From assembly GCA_951406725.2 (NCBI GenBank), contig OX597817.1, forward strand, positions 25,854,001 through 25,918,000: a stretch of DNA of 64,000 nt, written 5' to 3'. This DNA comes from Octopus vulgaris. Lineage: Eukaryota. Positions 1-12,985 of the stretch are shown piece by piece. Position numbers and translations under genes: made by a program. Under the pieces are notes generated by a model. The model had not been told where the DNA came from, ran no database searches, and saw only the letters and a program-made list of their open reading frames with translations. Every line of letters begins with the position of its first letter. Position 1 is the stretch's first letter.

Positions 1-455
1 AGATACCTTACGAGCGAGCACACTCATAAGATGCAGACTTGGCCAACCTAATCAAACTATAGGAAGCATTTAGAACCCTTTAGCATAAATAACTATACTG
101 TACTCACTTCGACTGGCAAATCTTGGGTTCAGTTTCAATGGTTTTATGTAGAATATAGATTATACTATCCATACATGATAAGGAAGATGGAGGGTTCCCT
201 GACGTTAAAGTTTATTGCATAAATATAATTTTTTTCATATTAAATTCCAAAATGTGTTTCGGCTGAATAAGTGCCTTAGGTTCCTTTGAGATAATAATTT
301 GGGGCATTTAATAGATATATATTAAATCAAATGTAGTGCAGGTTCTAATTCGAAGGTTCACATTCCTGTACAGCTTTAGACCTTTATTTAGTGTAAACAT
401 GTGTTGGAATGCAATATGAAGTGATAAAAATGTATAACTCTCAAGTGGTCCGTGA
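1..455 (+). mobile_element. Possible decayed Penelope-like element 3' end (endonuclease C-terminus plus pLTR remnant)
   Basis: Disrupted + frames give LRA..TL/H..Q..KHL..MIRK, loosely like PLE GIY-YIG C-termini; 244-270 and 382-410 form an imperfect inverted pair containing GAAAC-stem-like halves. Weak. Confidence 0.25.
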
Positions 456-490
<35 letters not shown>

Positions 491-512
491 GTAGATATAT
501 ATGTATAACTAA

Positions 513-667
513 TATGGCTGGCCCCTTGAAATACAGGAGCTACTCATATTTTGCCAGCTGAGTGAACTGGAACAATGTGCAATAAAGCGTCTTGCCCAAG
601 TACACAATGCGCCACCAGGAATCGAACTCGCAACCTTACGATCGTGAGCTGAAAACTCTAACCACTT
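513..667 (-). mobile_element. tRNA-derived SINE fragment (head plus conserved central domain)
   Basis: Minus strand agtggttagag...gagttcgattcctgg (Pol III A/B boxes), then gtacttgggcaagacgc...cactcagctg...gagta; ends in cctgtatttcaaggggccagcc, shared with the tail of the 42575-42958 element. Confidence 0.7.
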
Positions 668-669
668 CA

Positions 670-980
670 GGCAAGTATTTTCTACTATAGCCTCAGGCCA
701 ACCAAAGCCTTGTGAGTGAATTTGGTAGACGGAAACTAAATGAAGCCCATCGTATAAATATATATATATGTATATGTTTGTGTGCCTGTGTTTGTCCACC
801 TTAACATCGCTGAACAACCGATGTTGATGTGTTTACGTCCCTGTAACTTAGTGGTTAGGCAAAAGATTCCGGTAGAGTAAGTACTAGGCTTACAAAGAAT
901 AAGTTCTGGGGTCGATTTGTACGACTAAAGGCGGTGCTCCAGCATGACCTCAGTCAGATGACTGATACAAATAAAAGAAT
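670..980 (+). mobile_element. SINE family A, 5'-truncated copy
   Basis: Matches full copies (12576, 29405, 35209): ...ttggtagacggaaact...(TA)n...gataagtactaggcttacaaagaataag...ggcggtgctccagcatg. Confidence 0.85.
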
Positions 981-992
981 ATATAGAAACAC

Positions 993-1425
993 ACAGGGTG
1001 TGGTGGATAAACTGTCATGTAAATTACGCAAAAATAAAAATAACACTGATGTCTCATTTTAACAGATATATTTACCAAACTTACATTAAAAGAACTTGAA
1101 ATACTATTGAGTAAATTTATTTCATAAATTCACCATTGGCTTCAACCACGGCCTCCAGACGACATCAGAATCTCTTGCAACTCTTCTTGAATGTCTCTGT
1201 TTAAGTTGGTGAATGCTGAGATAATCCTTGCCATCATTTCCTCTTTGGTGTTACAAGGAGTTTTGTTGATCTCTTGCTCAACTGCAACCTGCACATAATA
1301 ATCAAAGGGTTGCGGTCTGAGGAGTTAGGTGGCCAAATTTTAGGGGTGATATGGTTGCAGAAATTGTCTGACAGCCATGATTAGATTTTCCTACTTGTGA
1401 GGTATGGTAGAGAGACATAGGTTCT
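993..1425 (-). mobile_element. Tc1/mariner (maT/DD37D-like) transposase C-terminal relic plus terminal repeat
   Basis: Minus strand WPPNSSDRNPL (cf. WPPNSPDLNPLD) and RLEAVVEANGEF motifs with frameshifts; cagggtgtgg terminus near 993. Confidence 0.75.
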
Positions 1426-1429
1426 TCCT

Positions 1430-1792
1430 ATGTTGCTAGGCCTTCGTATTGAGTGTGGGCTTGTATGGGAAGATGAATGGAGGCATAACATCACCATCAT
1501 TAGGATGCATAGTGTATACTCGCTCGATGGCCCCAATTCTGAAGACAGCATCTTCTTCCCAGTCCTCGATGAGTGTTCCTTGCTGGCGTTTGTTCCATCT
1601 AGTGTGCACCTAGTTATAGTACATGGGGACCTCTACATAAAACAGTGTTCAGGCAAACAGATCACATTGGCATAATTTGAAGAGAGCAGTCAAAGTGGTT
1701 TCTCATGAATTCAGAACTACGTTTCGAGCATTATCTTCTGTGAAATATACGCGCTGGCCATTTTCAAGATGTACAGATAGATTTTAAGAAGG
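1430..1792 (-). mobile_element. Helitron Rep/helicase coding fragment (decayed)
   Basis: Minus strand LSVHLENGQRVYFTEDN...TTLTALFKLCQCDLFA.TLFYVEVPMYY...RVYTMHP, a characteristic animal Helitron RepHel segment with stops. Confidence 0.8.
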
Positions 1793-2099
1793 TGTTCCTA
1801 CATGTAAACAGGGTGTGACTTTTGTGTTGACAGTGCATTTGTCTAAAAGAAGAACAGTTCTTCATTCAACGCTTGTCAATTAGCTGAAATGACGTGAAAG
1901 GCATCCCCATTCATGGTGTATTCCTGAATACATCAATAACCAAAATAAGTGCATCTATTGTTTAGGAAAATACTATTTATTTGTTTGGGGGTGGTACTGG
2001 ATAAATTGCGAAAATAACTCTAACTGTTCAAATACTAAGAAATAAGCAAACTCAATTTGATTTATACGAAATAATACAGGAAAATGAATGGGTTATTTC

Positions 2100-2320
2100 C
2101 CTTGGCTGCTAAAATAAAATATATTAGGTATATATAAGGATCCTTTCCAGGGGCCTTATTAACGATTTTCTTTCAACAATCTGAGTATGCCATGAGGTAT
2201 CCAGATGTGGGTTCTATTCACTTGTCAAGTTTCATCAAAATCAATGAAACGATGTAGGAGGAGTTAGCTAACAACTCCACCAACACACCCACAGACGGGA
2301 TTAACAGCGTATGTAGTATA
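2100..2320 (+). mobile_element. Helentron/HINE-like non-autonomous element fragment
   Basis: caagtttcatcaaaatc...gtaggaggagttagc...cacagacgg, the same kind of motif as 13056-13110. Confidence 0.4.
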
Positions 2321-2344
2321 TATATTATTTTATTCTTTCTTCTA

Positions 2345-2535
2345 TTCTTCTACTGGTTTCAGTCAATTGCAGGTGGCCATGATGGAGCATCGCCTTTAGT
2401 CGAACGAATCACCCCCAGGTCTTATTCTTTGGAAGCCTAGTGCTTATTGTGTCACTCCCTTTTGTCAAACTGCTAAGTTACAGAGACTAAACACACCACC
2501 ATCGGTCGTCAAGTGATGATGGGGGACAAACACAG

Positions 2536-2624
<89 letters not shown>

Positions 2625-2777
2625 TGACGGACTTCTTTCAGTTTCTATCTACCAAATCCTTTCCCAACCATGTGGCATTAGCAGAGGACACCTGCCTAAG
2701 GTGTCACGCAGTGGGACTCAACCTGGAACCATGTGGTTGGAAATTAAGCTTGTTACCACACAGCCACGCATGCACCT

Positions 2778-2778
<1 letters not shown>
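2345..2778 (-). mobile_element. SINE family A, diverged copy
   Basis: Reverse complement of family A head, internal (TA)/(CA) tract and tail. Confidence 0.8.
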
Positions 2779-2831
<53 letters not shown>

Positions 2832-3300
2832 ATATACATAACTTTTTATAAAAACATAGGTAAGACTGTATGGTAAAGGACCTTGCATTCAGTCTTACTA
2901 CATAGCAGTTTGAGCAAATGCCTTTCTAACAGCGCCAAACCAACCAAAACCTTGTGTGCATGTGTGTTCATGCGTGTGTGTGCATGTATGTGTACGTTGT
3001 GTATATGCCAACTTTCCTTTATGATTGCACATGTTGAGTGGAGTATACTGAGAGAGATTTTCTAGAGATAGATCCCTTTACTGTCACCTACAACTTATCT
3101 GTTTCGAAGTAAAGTAATATTTCCTCATTATCAGACATGTTCTCATAGAATATTGGATAGGAATGAAACTGCTTCTATGACAGTAATACCCATCACTATC
3201 ATGTGATGTTAAGAAAATGAGATTCAAACTCACATGTATTCATCCATGCGTACATACATACATATATATATATGTATATGTATACACGCCCACACATATA

Positions 3301-4214
3301 CAAGTTGCGTTCAAAGGGTATGCAACTTTATTTTACCTGCCAAAACTAATGCCACGTTTTGGTAGAGAAGTGATGCCACCCTTCTGCTGCCTGTGCATGC
3401 TTGAAAATTTTCACACTAGTAGACTGTGTCAGTTCACAGTTGTTATACTTAGAGTACAGACATGTACTGTGTGCCAGTCAGATTTTCGCTGTAACGAAAG
3501 TTGATAAACCTCATCAAGCAGAGACCACAAACCCATTTTTCATCTGCTGAGATGATGGATTTCACTACGTCTAGGTCGTAGTTTGCACAATCCAACATGA
3601 CCTGAGTGACTTCCATACTGAGTTGCTTCTGCTACTCTGCCAGCACCTTAAAGGCGAATTTTGCTGACCCTCTCCACATGCATATATCCTTTGTTAAAAC
3701 GAAATGCACCAATCCTGTGCTTGTTTGCACTTCGTGAGCAATTTCCTGGGTTGTTACTAGCACGGTTTTCCATGACTATTCATGCAACTTTTGCAGTCGG
3801 CACTTCGTTTCAGCTTGTGGATGGCCCGTCTGAGCATGTTTCACTCTCCGCATTGGTGAGTCTATGTTAGAAGCGGTTGTACCACTCCTTGATCTGAGTT
3901 TTGTCCATGGCATCAGTGCTAAGGGTCAACTGAATCTTCTGAATGGTTTGAGCTTAAGTATCATCAAGCTTTTTGCAAAACTTGATGCAATGTTGCTGCT
4001 CACTGCGTTCTTTGAAAACGAAAATCTGACGAGTGCACACATTACACGTGTGTATTCTAGTCATAAGAGTTGTGAACTGATGCTGCTTGCCATCGTAAAA
4101 ATTTTTTACTCACACACAGGAAGGGTGTCGTCACGTTCTACCCAAAGGATTTGCTACATGGCATCTTTTTTTTATGGGAAAAATAAAGTTGGATATATTT
4201 TAAAACATAACTTG
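3301..4214 (-). mobile_element. Internally deleted mariner element with TIRs and TA target duplication
   Basis: TA-caagttgcgttcaaagggtatgcaactttatttt ... aaaataaagttggatatattttaaaacataacttg-TA imperfect ~34 bp TIRs; minus strand EQQHCIKFCKKL...KTQIKEWYNRF...GPSTS (mariner N-terminal HTH) with stops. Confidence 0.85.
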
Positions 4215-4251
4215 TATGTATATGTACGTGTATATATATACACACACATAT

Positions 4252-4370
<119 letters not shown>

Positions 4371-4379
4371 TAAATATAT

Positions 4380-5320
<941 letters not shown>

Positions 5321-5911
5321 TTTCATGTGTGAGTTTGTGTCATCTTGTTTTGACATCACATTATTGCTGTAAATAATGTTACTGTTATATGACCAGTGTC
5401 CATCATTTCCAAATTTGCATGAAAATATGTCAGCCATGGTGAATATTACCACCTTACATGGAAACAGATAAGAGGTACCTGCAGGAAGAACAACCAAGCA
5501 TAGAAATGTTTTAAGAAGAGCTGTCCAACCTATTTATGCAATGGGAAGTAAATGTTGAATGAAACTATGAATGATATGAGTGTGTGGTTTATTAAAGTTG
5601 TGATGTATTGAAGCATATAAAAATAGTTAACATATATAAATATACACACATACACATATGTATGTATACACCAGACAAAGAAGGATAACATTTATTCATA
5701 CCAGTATATTATATAGTTACAATTCATTATGTGTTTCTTTAAACTGCACTGCATTAAGAAATAAAGTTAAGTTATAAGTTTTCCAATGCACATACATCCC
5801 TAAACCAATATTATAACTCAATGTAAAATATATCTGAACTTACTTCCAAGATACATATATGTTAAATGGACAAAATTAGGAAAACATACATACATAAGAA
5901 CTACTATACAA

Positions 5912-6166
5912 CATCATCATCATCATCATCCTCATCGTTTAACGTCTGCTTTCCATGATAGCATGGGTTGGACGATTTGACTGAGGTCTGGCAAACCAGA
6001 TGGCTGCACCGGACTCCAATCTGATCTGGCAGAGTTTCTACAGCTGGATGCCCTTCCTAATGCTAACCACTCCGAGAGTGTATTGGGTGCGTTTACGTGC
6101 CACCAGCACGAGGGCCAGTTAGGTGGTACTGGCAACGGCCACGCTTAAATGGTGCTTTTATGTGCC
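5912..6166 (-). mobile_element. SINE-like family D (RTE-type (GAT)n tail)
   Basis: (CAT)n then cgtttaacgtctgctttccatgatagcatgggttggacg...ggatgcccttcctaatgctaaccactc; same as 23771, 28225, 48187, 57540, 61110. Confidence 0.85.
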
Positions 6167-6984
6167 ATATCTACATAAATAAATACATACATGTAACGTA
6201 TACAAGTCTACATATCTCTTTATTTATCTGTCTTTCTGTTTAACTATCTATCCATCCATCCACCCATCCATCCATCCATCCATCTACCCATCCATCTCTA
6301 TATATATATGCTCCTATCTATAACGTAGGACAGGTATACATTAATGCAAAAGCACCCTCACGTATTTAGATAAATATTCAAATACAGACAAAGTTCCATA
6401 AAGAGAAATATGGATAGAAGCATTTATACAAATGCACTTAGAGAGGGAAGCATATATTAAGTATTTAATTAGCTCTCCAAATTTATTGAGACTCTAAATC
6501 AGTTATATGTGAACATGACAAGTGAAAGAGATGATAGTATTAGAACAAGCAACAGGTTTCAAAGAATTTGCAGTCTGAAGTTGAAATAGATAAGTGATAA
6601 AAATGATGGACATAAAGGTTCAAGATCATGGTTTTACACAATGTCATATCACTTTTAACATATCAGATTATATTAACAGACATATGTGTTAATTATTCCA
6701 GAGAAGGAACCATTTGTGTTACAATCTGTTTTATCTGATACTAGAAATTCTTTGAATCCTGAATGTATTTACACAGGTGAGATATTTTAACATTATTATG
6801 TTTGCAGTGAAATATTTATGGCAATAGGTTCTTTTATGTAAACCTAGACATGTTTGCACAAATGGAAAAAATCATAAGGCAGGGTTTTAGTGCAGAAATA
6901 CATCTACGCACTTACACAAACATGTACATGCACACACAGACATACACAAATATACTAACACACATGCACACACACAAATATTTG

Positions 6985-7025
<41 letters not shown>

Positions 7026-7061
7026 ATACATTTATAAGTAACAAGGATGTCCAGGTGTCAG

Positions 7062-7144
7062 TACATTACAGCCGTTTCCAGTGGGTCCCTTTAATCAATA
7101 AAAGCATTACATCAATTTGAAATATACCACTCTCCTCAGAAGCA
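7062..7144 (-). ncRNA. Degenerate hammerhead ribozyme in pLTR fragment (7022-7280)
   Basis: Minus strand tgctt-CTGAGGA-gagtgg...ccactg-GAAA-cggctg-TA-atgta; loop sequence atatttcaaattgatgtaatg is shared with the 15180 motif. Confidence 0.6.
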
Positions 7145-7475
7145 GACGACCATATAGATTTCCAACATATAGGATACGCCATTAAAATTTTTTAGCAAAT
7201 TTTCATTATTACTAGAGTCTAAAATAATTACATTGCTTCTGTTTGCTATTTTTGTGGCAGAATGAATTTAGGGGAAAAAAATACTTAGAGCCTATTATAA
7301 TCCAGAGTGGCAGAAGAAAACACTGTAAGGCCAGAAAGAAAAATGGCACGATCAGACTCAAACTTCAATCTCGTGAACACAATAGCACGCATGGGCAGGA
7401 GACAGTGTGACAGTAATAAAGTGAAAGTGCAGATAATTTTTAACTTACCCTCGTGTATATATATAAATATATATA

Positions 7476-7662
7476 GGGAAAGTTTACGAAAATAAACAAA
7501 AGACAAAGACAGGTGGTGTACAAAACACATGTATTAGTATAGCACTCAGAAATAGAAACAGTCTTTTACATTTCGAGCCTACGCTCTTCTACAGAAAGGT
7601 ACACAGAAAAAAATAAGAAGAGAAAAAATGCATGTAGGAGCTAACGATCTATCTTGGCGTCC
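7476..7662 (-). mobile_element. Short pLTR-like element with variant hammerhead (7563-7598)
   Basis: Minus strand cttt-CTGTAGA-A-GAGC-gtag-GCTC-GAAA-tg-TA-aaag; flanked by (TA)n; homologous to 16043-16256. Confidence 0.65.
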
Positions 7663-8070
7663 TATATATATATATATATAACGAGAGAGAGAAAGGAGAG
7701 AGTGACAGAGATAGAAAGAGAGAAAGGCACGATACAATGGAGGGTGTAATGAGTATCTTTGCCAAAATTTACTTCCTAAAATTAATATCATAGACGACCA
7801 TAGAAACTAAAACCAAATTACTTATATAAGGAAGTTATGTGGAACTTCTGTAGGTCACAGTTCCTTACTTCTGCTTACAAAGGTAAATGAATTTTCAATA
7901 TATTGTATCTTTGAAAGCTTTCATAAGTTATACTTTGCATGTTATAATAAACAAAAACAGAGATAGTATGTATGTACATGCATACACACACACACACACA
8001 TATATACATGCATATATATATCTATATTTATTTATATATATATATGAATGTATGTATGTATATATGCATG

Positions 8071-8121
<51 letters not shown>

Positions 8122-8152
8122 GGAGTTAACGCAGGTGTAAACAAATATTTTT

Positions 8153-8235
8153 ACTTTCAACACGTTTCGAAAATTCCACTGATACTATTCAAAAGTTAAA
8201 TGGTATAAACAATGCAATCTTCTCTTCGGGAAAGT
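8153..8235 (-). ncRNA. Hammerhead ribozyme motif in PLE 3' pLTR (U4C core change)
   Basis: Minus strand actttc-CCGAAGA-gaagatt...aattttc-GAAA-cgtg-TT-gaaagt: perfect 6-bp stem I, 7-bp stem II with one G-U pair. Confidence 0.75.
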
Positions 8236-8459
8236 GTAAAAAACGAAACTCGTCAATACGACATTTTAGCAAAAAATGATGGATTTGTATAGCGATAGAC
8301 AGAACGCTATTAATATTGTTTAAAAAAACGTTAAATGTTATAACGTCATAAGTAGCTAACAGAAAGAGTAGGGATATTAATAGTGAATGTTAAATATAAA
8401 GGAAATTAAAGTTTAAATTATATATAATGATATAGACTACTTATATGCACTAAATGTAT

Positions 8460-9390
8460 GTTTTTGCCAATGCTTACATCTCTATGCTCGCTCTATAACC
8501 GTGTTTACTAGAGTAATTTTAGAAAAAATAATGAAAAATAGCTCAGAATTGCAGAGAAGACAGAATTTCTTGCCTTTGTCATATGGTATCGAAATTGAGA
8601 GGATCAACCATTCTAAATGAAGTGGTCTTTTAAATCCCAAATCAATTTGCTGAGACCGGTACTATTCCGTTTATTTCTATCCCTAAATGTTGAGTAATGG
8701 ATAGAAATTCTTTTAGATAACTCTAACGATGTACTTCCAATGTAAAATCGTACTTTATTACGAGTACTGATTATACACTGGTATATAGAATTTTTAACCT
8801 TAGAATTACTTGACATAAACTTAATTCTATTGGAATTGACTTCAGATACAATAACCTTGTTATTAATATTTCTAGAGGGTTGGATGGTATTAGCTAAATT
8901 AATGTTAGTATTAGTAAATGTATTAATATTTAACAGTTTGTTATTATGAGAAGATATAATTTGCAAGAGATTTTTTGTGTTTGAAAAACCTATCCTAACC
9001 TTATGTGAATTAATTATAGAGTAATATCTAGAATTGTTTGGAAAATTCCTAGCAATAGCTTGACGAAACAGCAGTGGGAGATTAGATTTAATTTGTCTCC
9101 CGTAAGGGATTATTAACCAAATATTTTTACTAGTATTCATAGCGTAATTACTTTTGAAGGTGTTATATTTACTTTTAGATCTATAATAGGGGATTAAATA
9201 AGGGTTATCTGCCTTCATTCGCTTTGTATCGGTGCGAAAGTTATGTTTGTTATCAATAATTCTTTTACGACTAGAAATCTTATCTACATTATTGAATTTA
9301 CAATTAGACTGAGCACAATCAATGTAGAAATTTTTTTCTGTATAACCTGCTTTGATTAAGGTAGAATTATAGAATTCAGCGTTATTTATT
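8460..9390 (-). pseudogene. Disrupted PLE RT-thumb/GIY-YIG coding region
   Basis: 201-aa open segment plus frameshifted flanks (upstream FYNSTLIKAGY, downstream CxxC...CKH); RT catalytic core absent. Confidence 0.85.
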
Positions 9391-9945
9391 TATTTTTCCG
9401 TGTTAATTGTTAACAAGGTAAAAATACACTCATCTATTTTTATATAAATATATATATATATATGTATATATATATGTATGCATATATGTACATATATGTA
9501 TGTATATATATATGTATGCATATATGTACATATATGTATGTATATATATATATATATATATATACATTTACACACACACATATATATATTTACATGTGTG
9601 TATGTGTGTGTGTGCATGCAGAAGGTAATAGATGAAATTGTCATTTACGCCATTGCCTGGTTCTTTTATCTTTTCAGGATGTTGCTCTCACATGAATTAA
9701 CTTTGAAATTTGATTGTAACTCAGTGGAAATTGTTGTTAAATCAAATTCAAAACAAAACAATGCCAACAAGTTTGACAGAATAAAATTGAAGTAGATGCA
9801 AAGCAACAGAAAGCAAGGCTTTTCTACGGATCAGCATTGATGGGATTACAAATGTTATGAATAGTAAAGAGAAATGCTGTAAGATTGACGATTGATGACA
9901 AGGAAATGGAACGGTACAAACATACAGGATTTTTGCTTGTAAAAA

Positions 9946-10337
9946 TCTTTATATATAAAAGTGAAATTGTGTGTCTGGCTCCTACGATTTAGATTCCTAA
10001 CTACTCCCACATTTTGCGGTGCAGTGTAGCCAAAAGCGGGTATCTTATCGTTGTGATTCATATCGAGCCCTTCTGGGTATTAGCGTGCGTCTACAATGAG
10101 TCTACGATTTAAAAAAAAAATTACCATCATTTTTTTCCCATTTTTAATGCATTTTTTGCTATTATATAAGGGAAGTAACTCTCTATGTATTTTTAAATCT
10201 CAGAACGTAAAAAGCTACAGTAAAACACCCCCTTTGTGGTTAGCCATATTGAGATAGCTATTATACTTTGCATCTCTAAAAATGCTTATATAGTTATTTC
10301 CCTTACAAACCCGAGCAACGCCGGGCAATACTGCTAG
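9946..10337 (+). mobile_element. Non-autonomous Helitron
   Basis: A|TCtttatatataaaag ... cccgagcaacgccggg hairpin ... CTAG|T; canonical Helitron termini and AT target. Confidence 0.8.
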
Positions 10338-11134
10338 TTTAATATAAGTATTTTTACATGGTAGCATAAAGTTAGTTACACAATTCAGATACTTTCTTCA
10401 TTGCCACATAAGTATTTACACATTAAAGTGAATTAGTATCTTTGTCCGGTGAACTGAATGACAGTAAAACCGGCATTTACAGTGGCATACATGATTAATC
10501 ACACTTTTGAACAAGACTAAGCTCACACAATCATACATACACATAAATACACACATACATTAACACACATATGCACGCAAATATGCACATGCAGAATATG
10601 TCCTTCCTTGATGGAATTCATCAAAGCATTAATTAAAAGCTTGAAATTGTTCTAATATATTGGTATATTGCAAGGAATGATGAATGTAGCAAGACAAAAA
10701 GGAAATTAAGCAATAAAGGTGTGAAAATAGGAGGAGTTAATTAAGTTTAATAGGATATCAATTAAATGCAAATTTTCAGTAATGATTTGGCGTGTAGAAG
10801 TGTGCACTTCATAGTTTTAAGGATAAACGGTAGAGTCTAATTTATATGAGAGGGGTAAGGTAACTTTTTCCATGTAATTATGAAGTAATGCTAAACAGTG
10901 ATAAAAAAAACATAATAAGTGGCAGAATGCTCAGAATGTGTCATTGTCTGCTATAACTGCCTAGGAACCGAAAACAATTAGTAAAATCATGATGCATGCT
11001 ACGTTCTTCAAAATCATTTGTATTTAATGGCTATAGTATTCATTCATATATATATGTGTGTGTGTGTGTATGTATGCATGTACATATACTTATGTATAGA
11101 TTTGTGTGTGTATATATGTATACGTATATATATG

Positions 11135-11169
<35 letters not shown>

Positions 11170-11332
11170 ATGTGTATAAAATAATGCATAAGATTTTTTA
11201 TACATTATTATATAGAAATATTTATGTTTTCTGACTTTTAGTTTAGTTACGCTTGCTGACCACTGGTAAAAAATTGTTACTATTTTTTAATAATTTTTAC
11301 CCTGCATTTATATATATATACATATATATATA

Positions 11333-11638
11333 TTAAAGAATTTAGTTGTGTAAATTTGGAACCATGCGAGAAGGTACAAAGTAAACTAAAAAATGAAAAG
11401 GAAACAGAACGAAGTTGCAGTTTTACCTTGTGTTTTTTATATTTTGGGGTGAAGACCCCTTTTTCAGAACATTCAGAAAAGTGGTGGTTAGAAAAAGTTT
11501 TCCCTGAAGAAGGGGTTTTCACTCCGAAATATAGAAATACAAGGTAAATCTGCAACCTAGTTCTGTTTCCTTTTCATTTTTGTAGTTTATTTTGTACCTT
11601 CTTGCATTGTTCTAGTTTTACACAACTATATTCTTTAA
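11333..11638. repeat. Long imperfect inverted repeat (~135 bp arms) of two hammerhead-bearing pLTR-like units
   Basis: Left arm 11333-11470 is the reverse complement of 11500-11638; right arm has CTGAAGA-a-ggggt-tttc-actcc-GAAA-tata; left arm has the decayed version CTGAAAA...AAAA. Confidence 0.85.
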
Positions 11639-11700
11639 AGTTATACTTCACAACGCTTCACAAAGACTACCTCATATATATACATACATACATATATATA

Positions 11701-11731
<31 letters not shown>

Positions 11732-12277
11732 GTGTGTGAGAAGTAACTCAATTGAGTTTAGTGTTTATAAGACAACAGTATCGCCTTTCTGTAGACAATG
11801 GGGAAAAATCCTCTGAGACAGTTAGATATATATAGTTTGTGGGTGCTCAAAACTAGCTGAAACGGAGTACAAAAATGCCGTAAGTAAGTACGAAATACAC
11901 TGAGATTTGTCCAAAAAGTATAGGCTAGAATGTTCCAACAAGTGGCATGATCACCAGCCATTGCCAGTGACAGAAAAGGATCAGTTGTAACTTACATGAG
12001 ATTTGCCAATATATACAGACAACTTGTTGTTGACTGATCCCTAGCTGAAAGGTCCAAAATATTTTACATTTAAGTGTGTGAGATTTGCAAAATTCGATAA
12101 TAATAATAACAATTTCCGTTCAACCCGTGCTAGCACGGAAAACGGACTTTAAATGATGATGATGAGGAGGAGGATGAATAACAAGAGCACTCAGAGAGCA
12201 CAAACCTCTACCAAGGCAACACCAACATCCTCTCGACGATTAGTCAGAGATGATTTTCAAAATGAAAATATCTGAAA

Positions 12278-12430
12278 TAGGCATGGGTGTGTGTTTAGGA
12301 GGCTTGCTTCCCAGCTACATGATTTCGGGTTCAGTCCCACCGTGTGGCAACTTGGGCAAGTGTCTTCTGATATAGCCTTGGGCCAACTGAAGCTTTGTGA
12401 TTGAATTTGGTAGGTGGAAGTTCCTGTCGC
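12278..12430 (+). mobile_element. SINE family A, old 5' half
   Basis: ggcatgggtgtgtgtttagg...gggttcagtcccac...cttgggcaagtgtctt. Confidence 0.7.
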
Positions 12431-12575
12431 ATGTGTATATGTGTGTGTTGGTTCTTGTGTCTCTTCGAGAGAGAGAGAGGAAAACTTGACTGCTCTCACA
12501 AATGGAAATACTAAAAATGAACCCATCTGCCCTCAAAAACGAAGCAAAAAAAAACAGGTAAAATAATCCAGAATA

Positions 12576-12985
12576 GGTGCAGGAGTGGCTGTGTTGTAAG
12601 TAGCTTGTTTATCAACAACAAGGTTCCGGGTTCAGTCCCACTGCATTGCACCTTGGACAAGTGTCTTCTACTATAGCCTCGGACCGACCAAAGCCTTGTG
12701 AGTGGATTTGGTAGACGGAAACTGAAAGAACCCTGTCGTATATATGTATATATATATGTATGGGTGTGTGTGTTTGTGTGTCTGTGTTTGTTCCCCTAGC
12801 ATTGCTTGACAACCGATGCTGGTGTTTTTATGTCGCCGTTACTTAGCGGTTCGGCAAAAGAGACCGATAGAATAACTACTGGGCTTACAAAAGAATAAGT
12901 CCCGGGGTCGAGTTGCTCGATTAAAGGCGGTGCTCCAGCATGGCCGCAGTCAAATGACTGAAACAAGTAAAAGAGTAAAGAGTAA
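12576..12985 (+). mobile_element. SINE family A, full-length
   Basis: tRNA-like head (gtggctgtgttgtaag...gggttcagtccc), ccttggacaagtgtctt domain, internal (TA)/(TG), tail gtaaaagagtaa. Confidence 0.9.

Larger units (their letters stand above)
8117..9400 (-). mobile_element. Penelope-like retroelement (Naiad-type), 5'-truncated: RT thumb, GIY-YIG endonuclease and 3' pLTR
   Basis: ORF 8613-9218: IWLIIPY...NFPNNSRYYSIINSHKVRIGFSNTKNLLQIISSHNNKLL (thumb), IYQC...FYIGST...RISIHYSTFR...TGLSKLIWDLK (GIY-YIG); frameshifted continuation PYDKGKKFCLLCNSE...RCKH; flanked by (TA)n on both sides. Confidence 0.9.

Noticed and set aside
8460-9218. Selenoprotein-type Naiad (in-frame UGA at Cys positions)
   Set aside because: No in-frame TGA seen at Cys columns in the retained region; the interruptions seen are TAG and frameshifts; no SECIS recognised.
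9678-9795. Strong acceptor followed by a 38-codon frame
   Set aside because: No homology recognised and no supporting neighbouring exon.
12576-12660. Functional tRNA genes at SINE heads (families A, B, C)
   Set aside because: A/B boxes are present but no complete cloverleaf, and each continues into a repeated SINE body.
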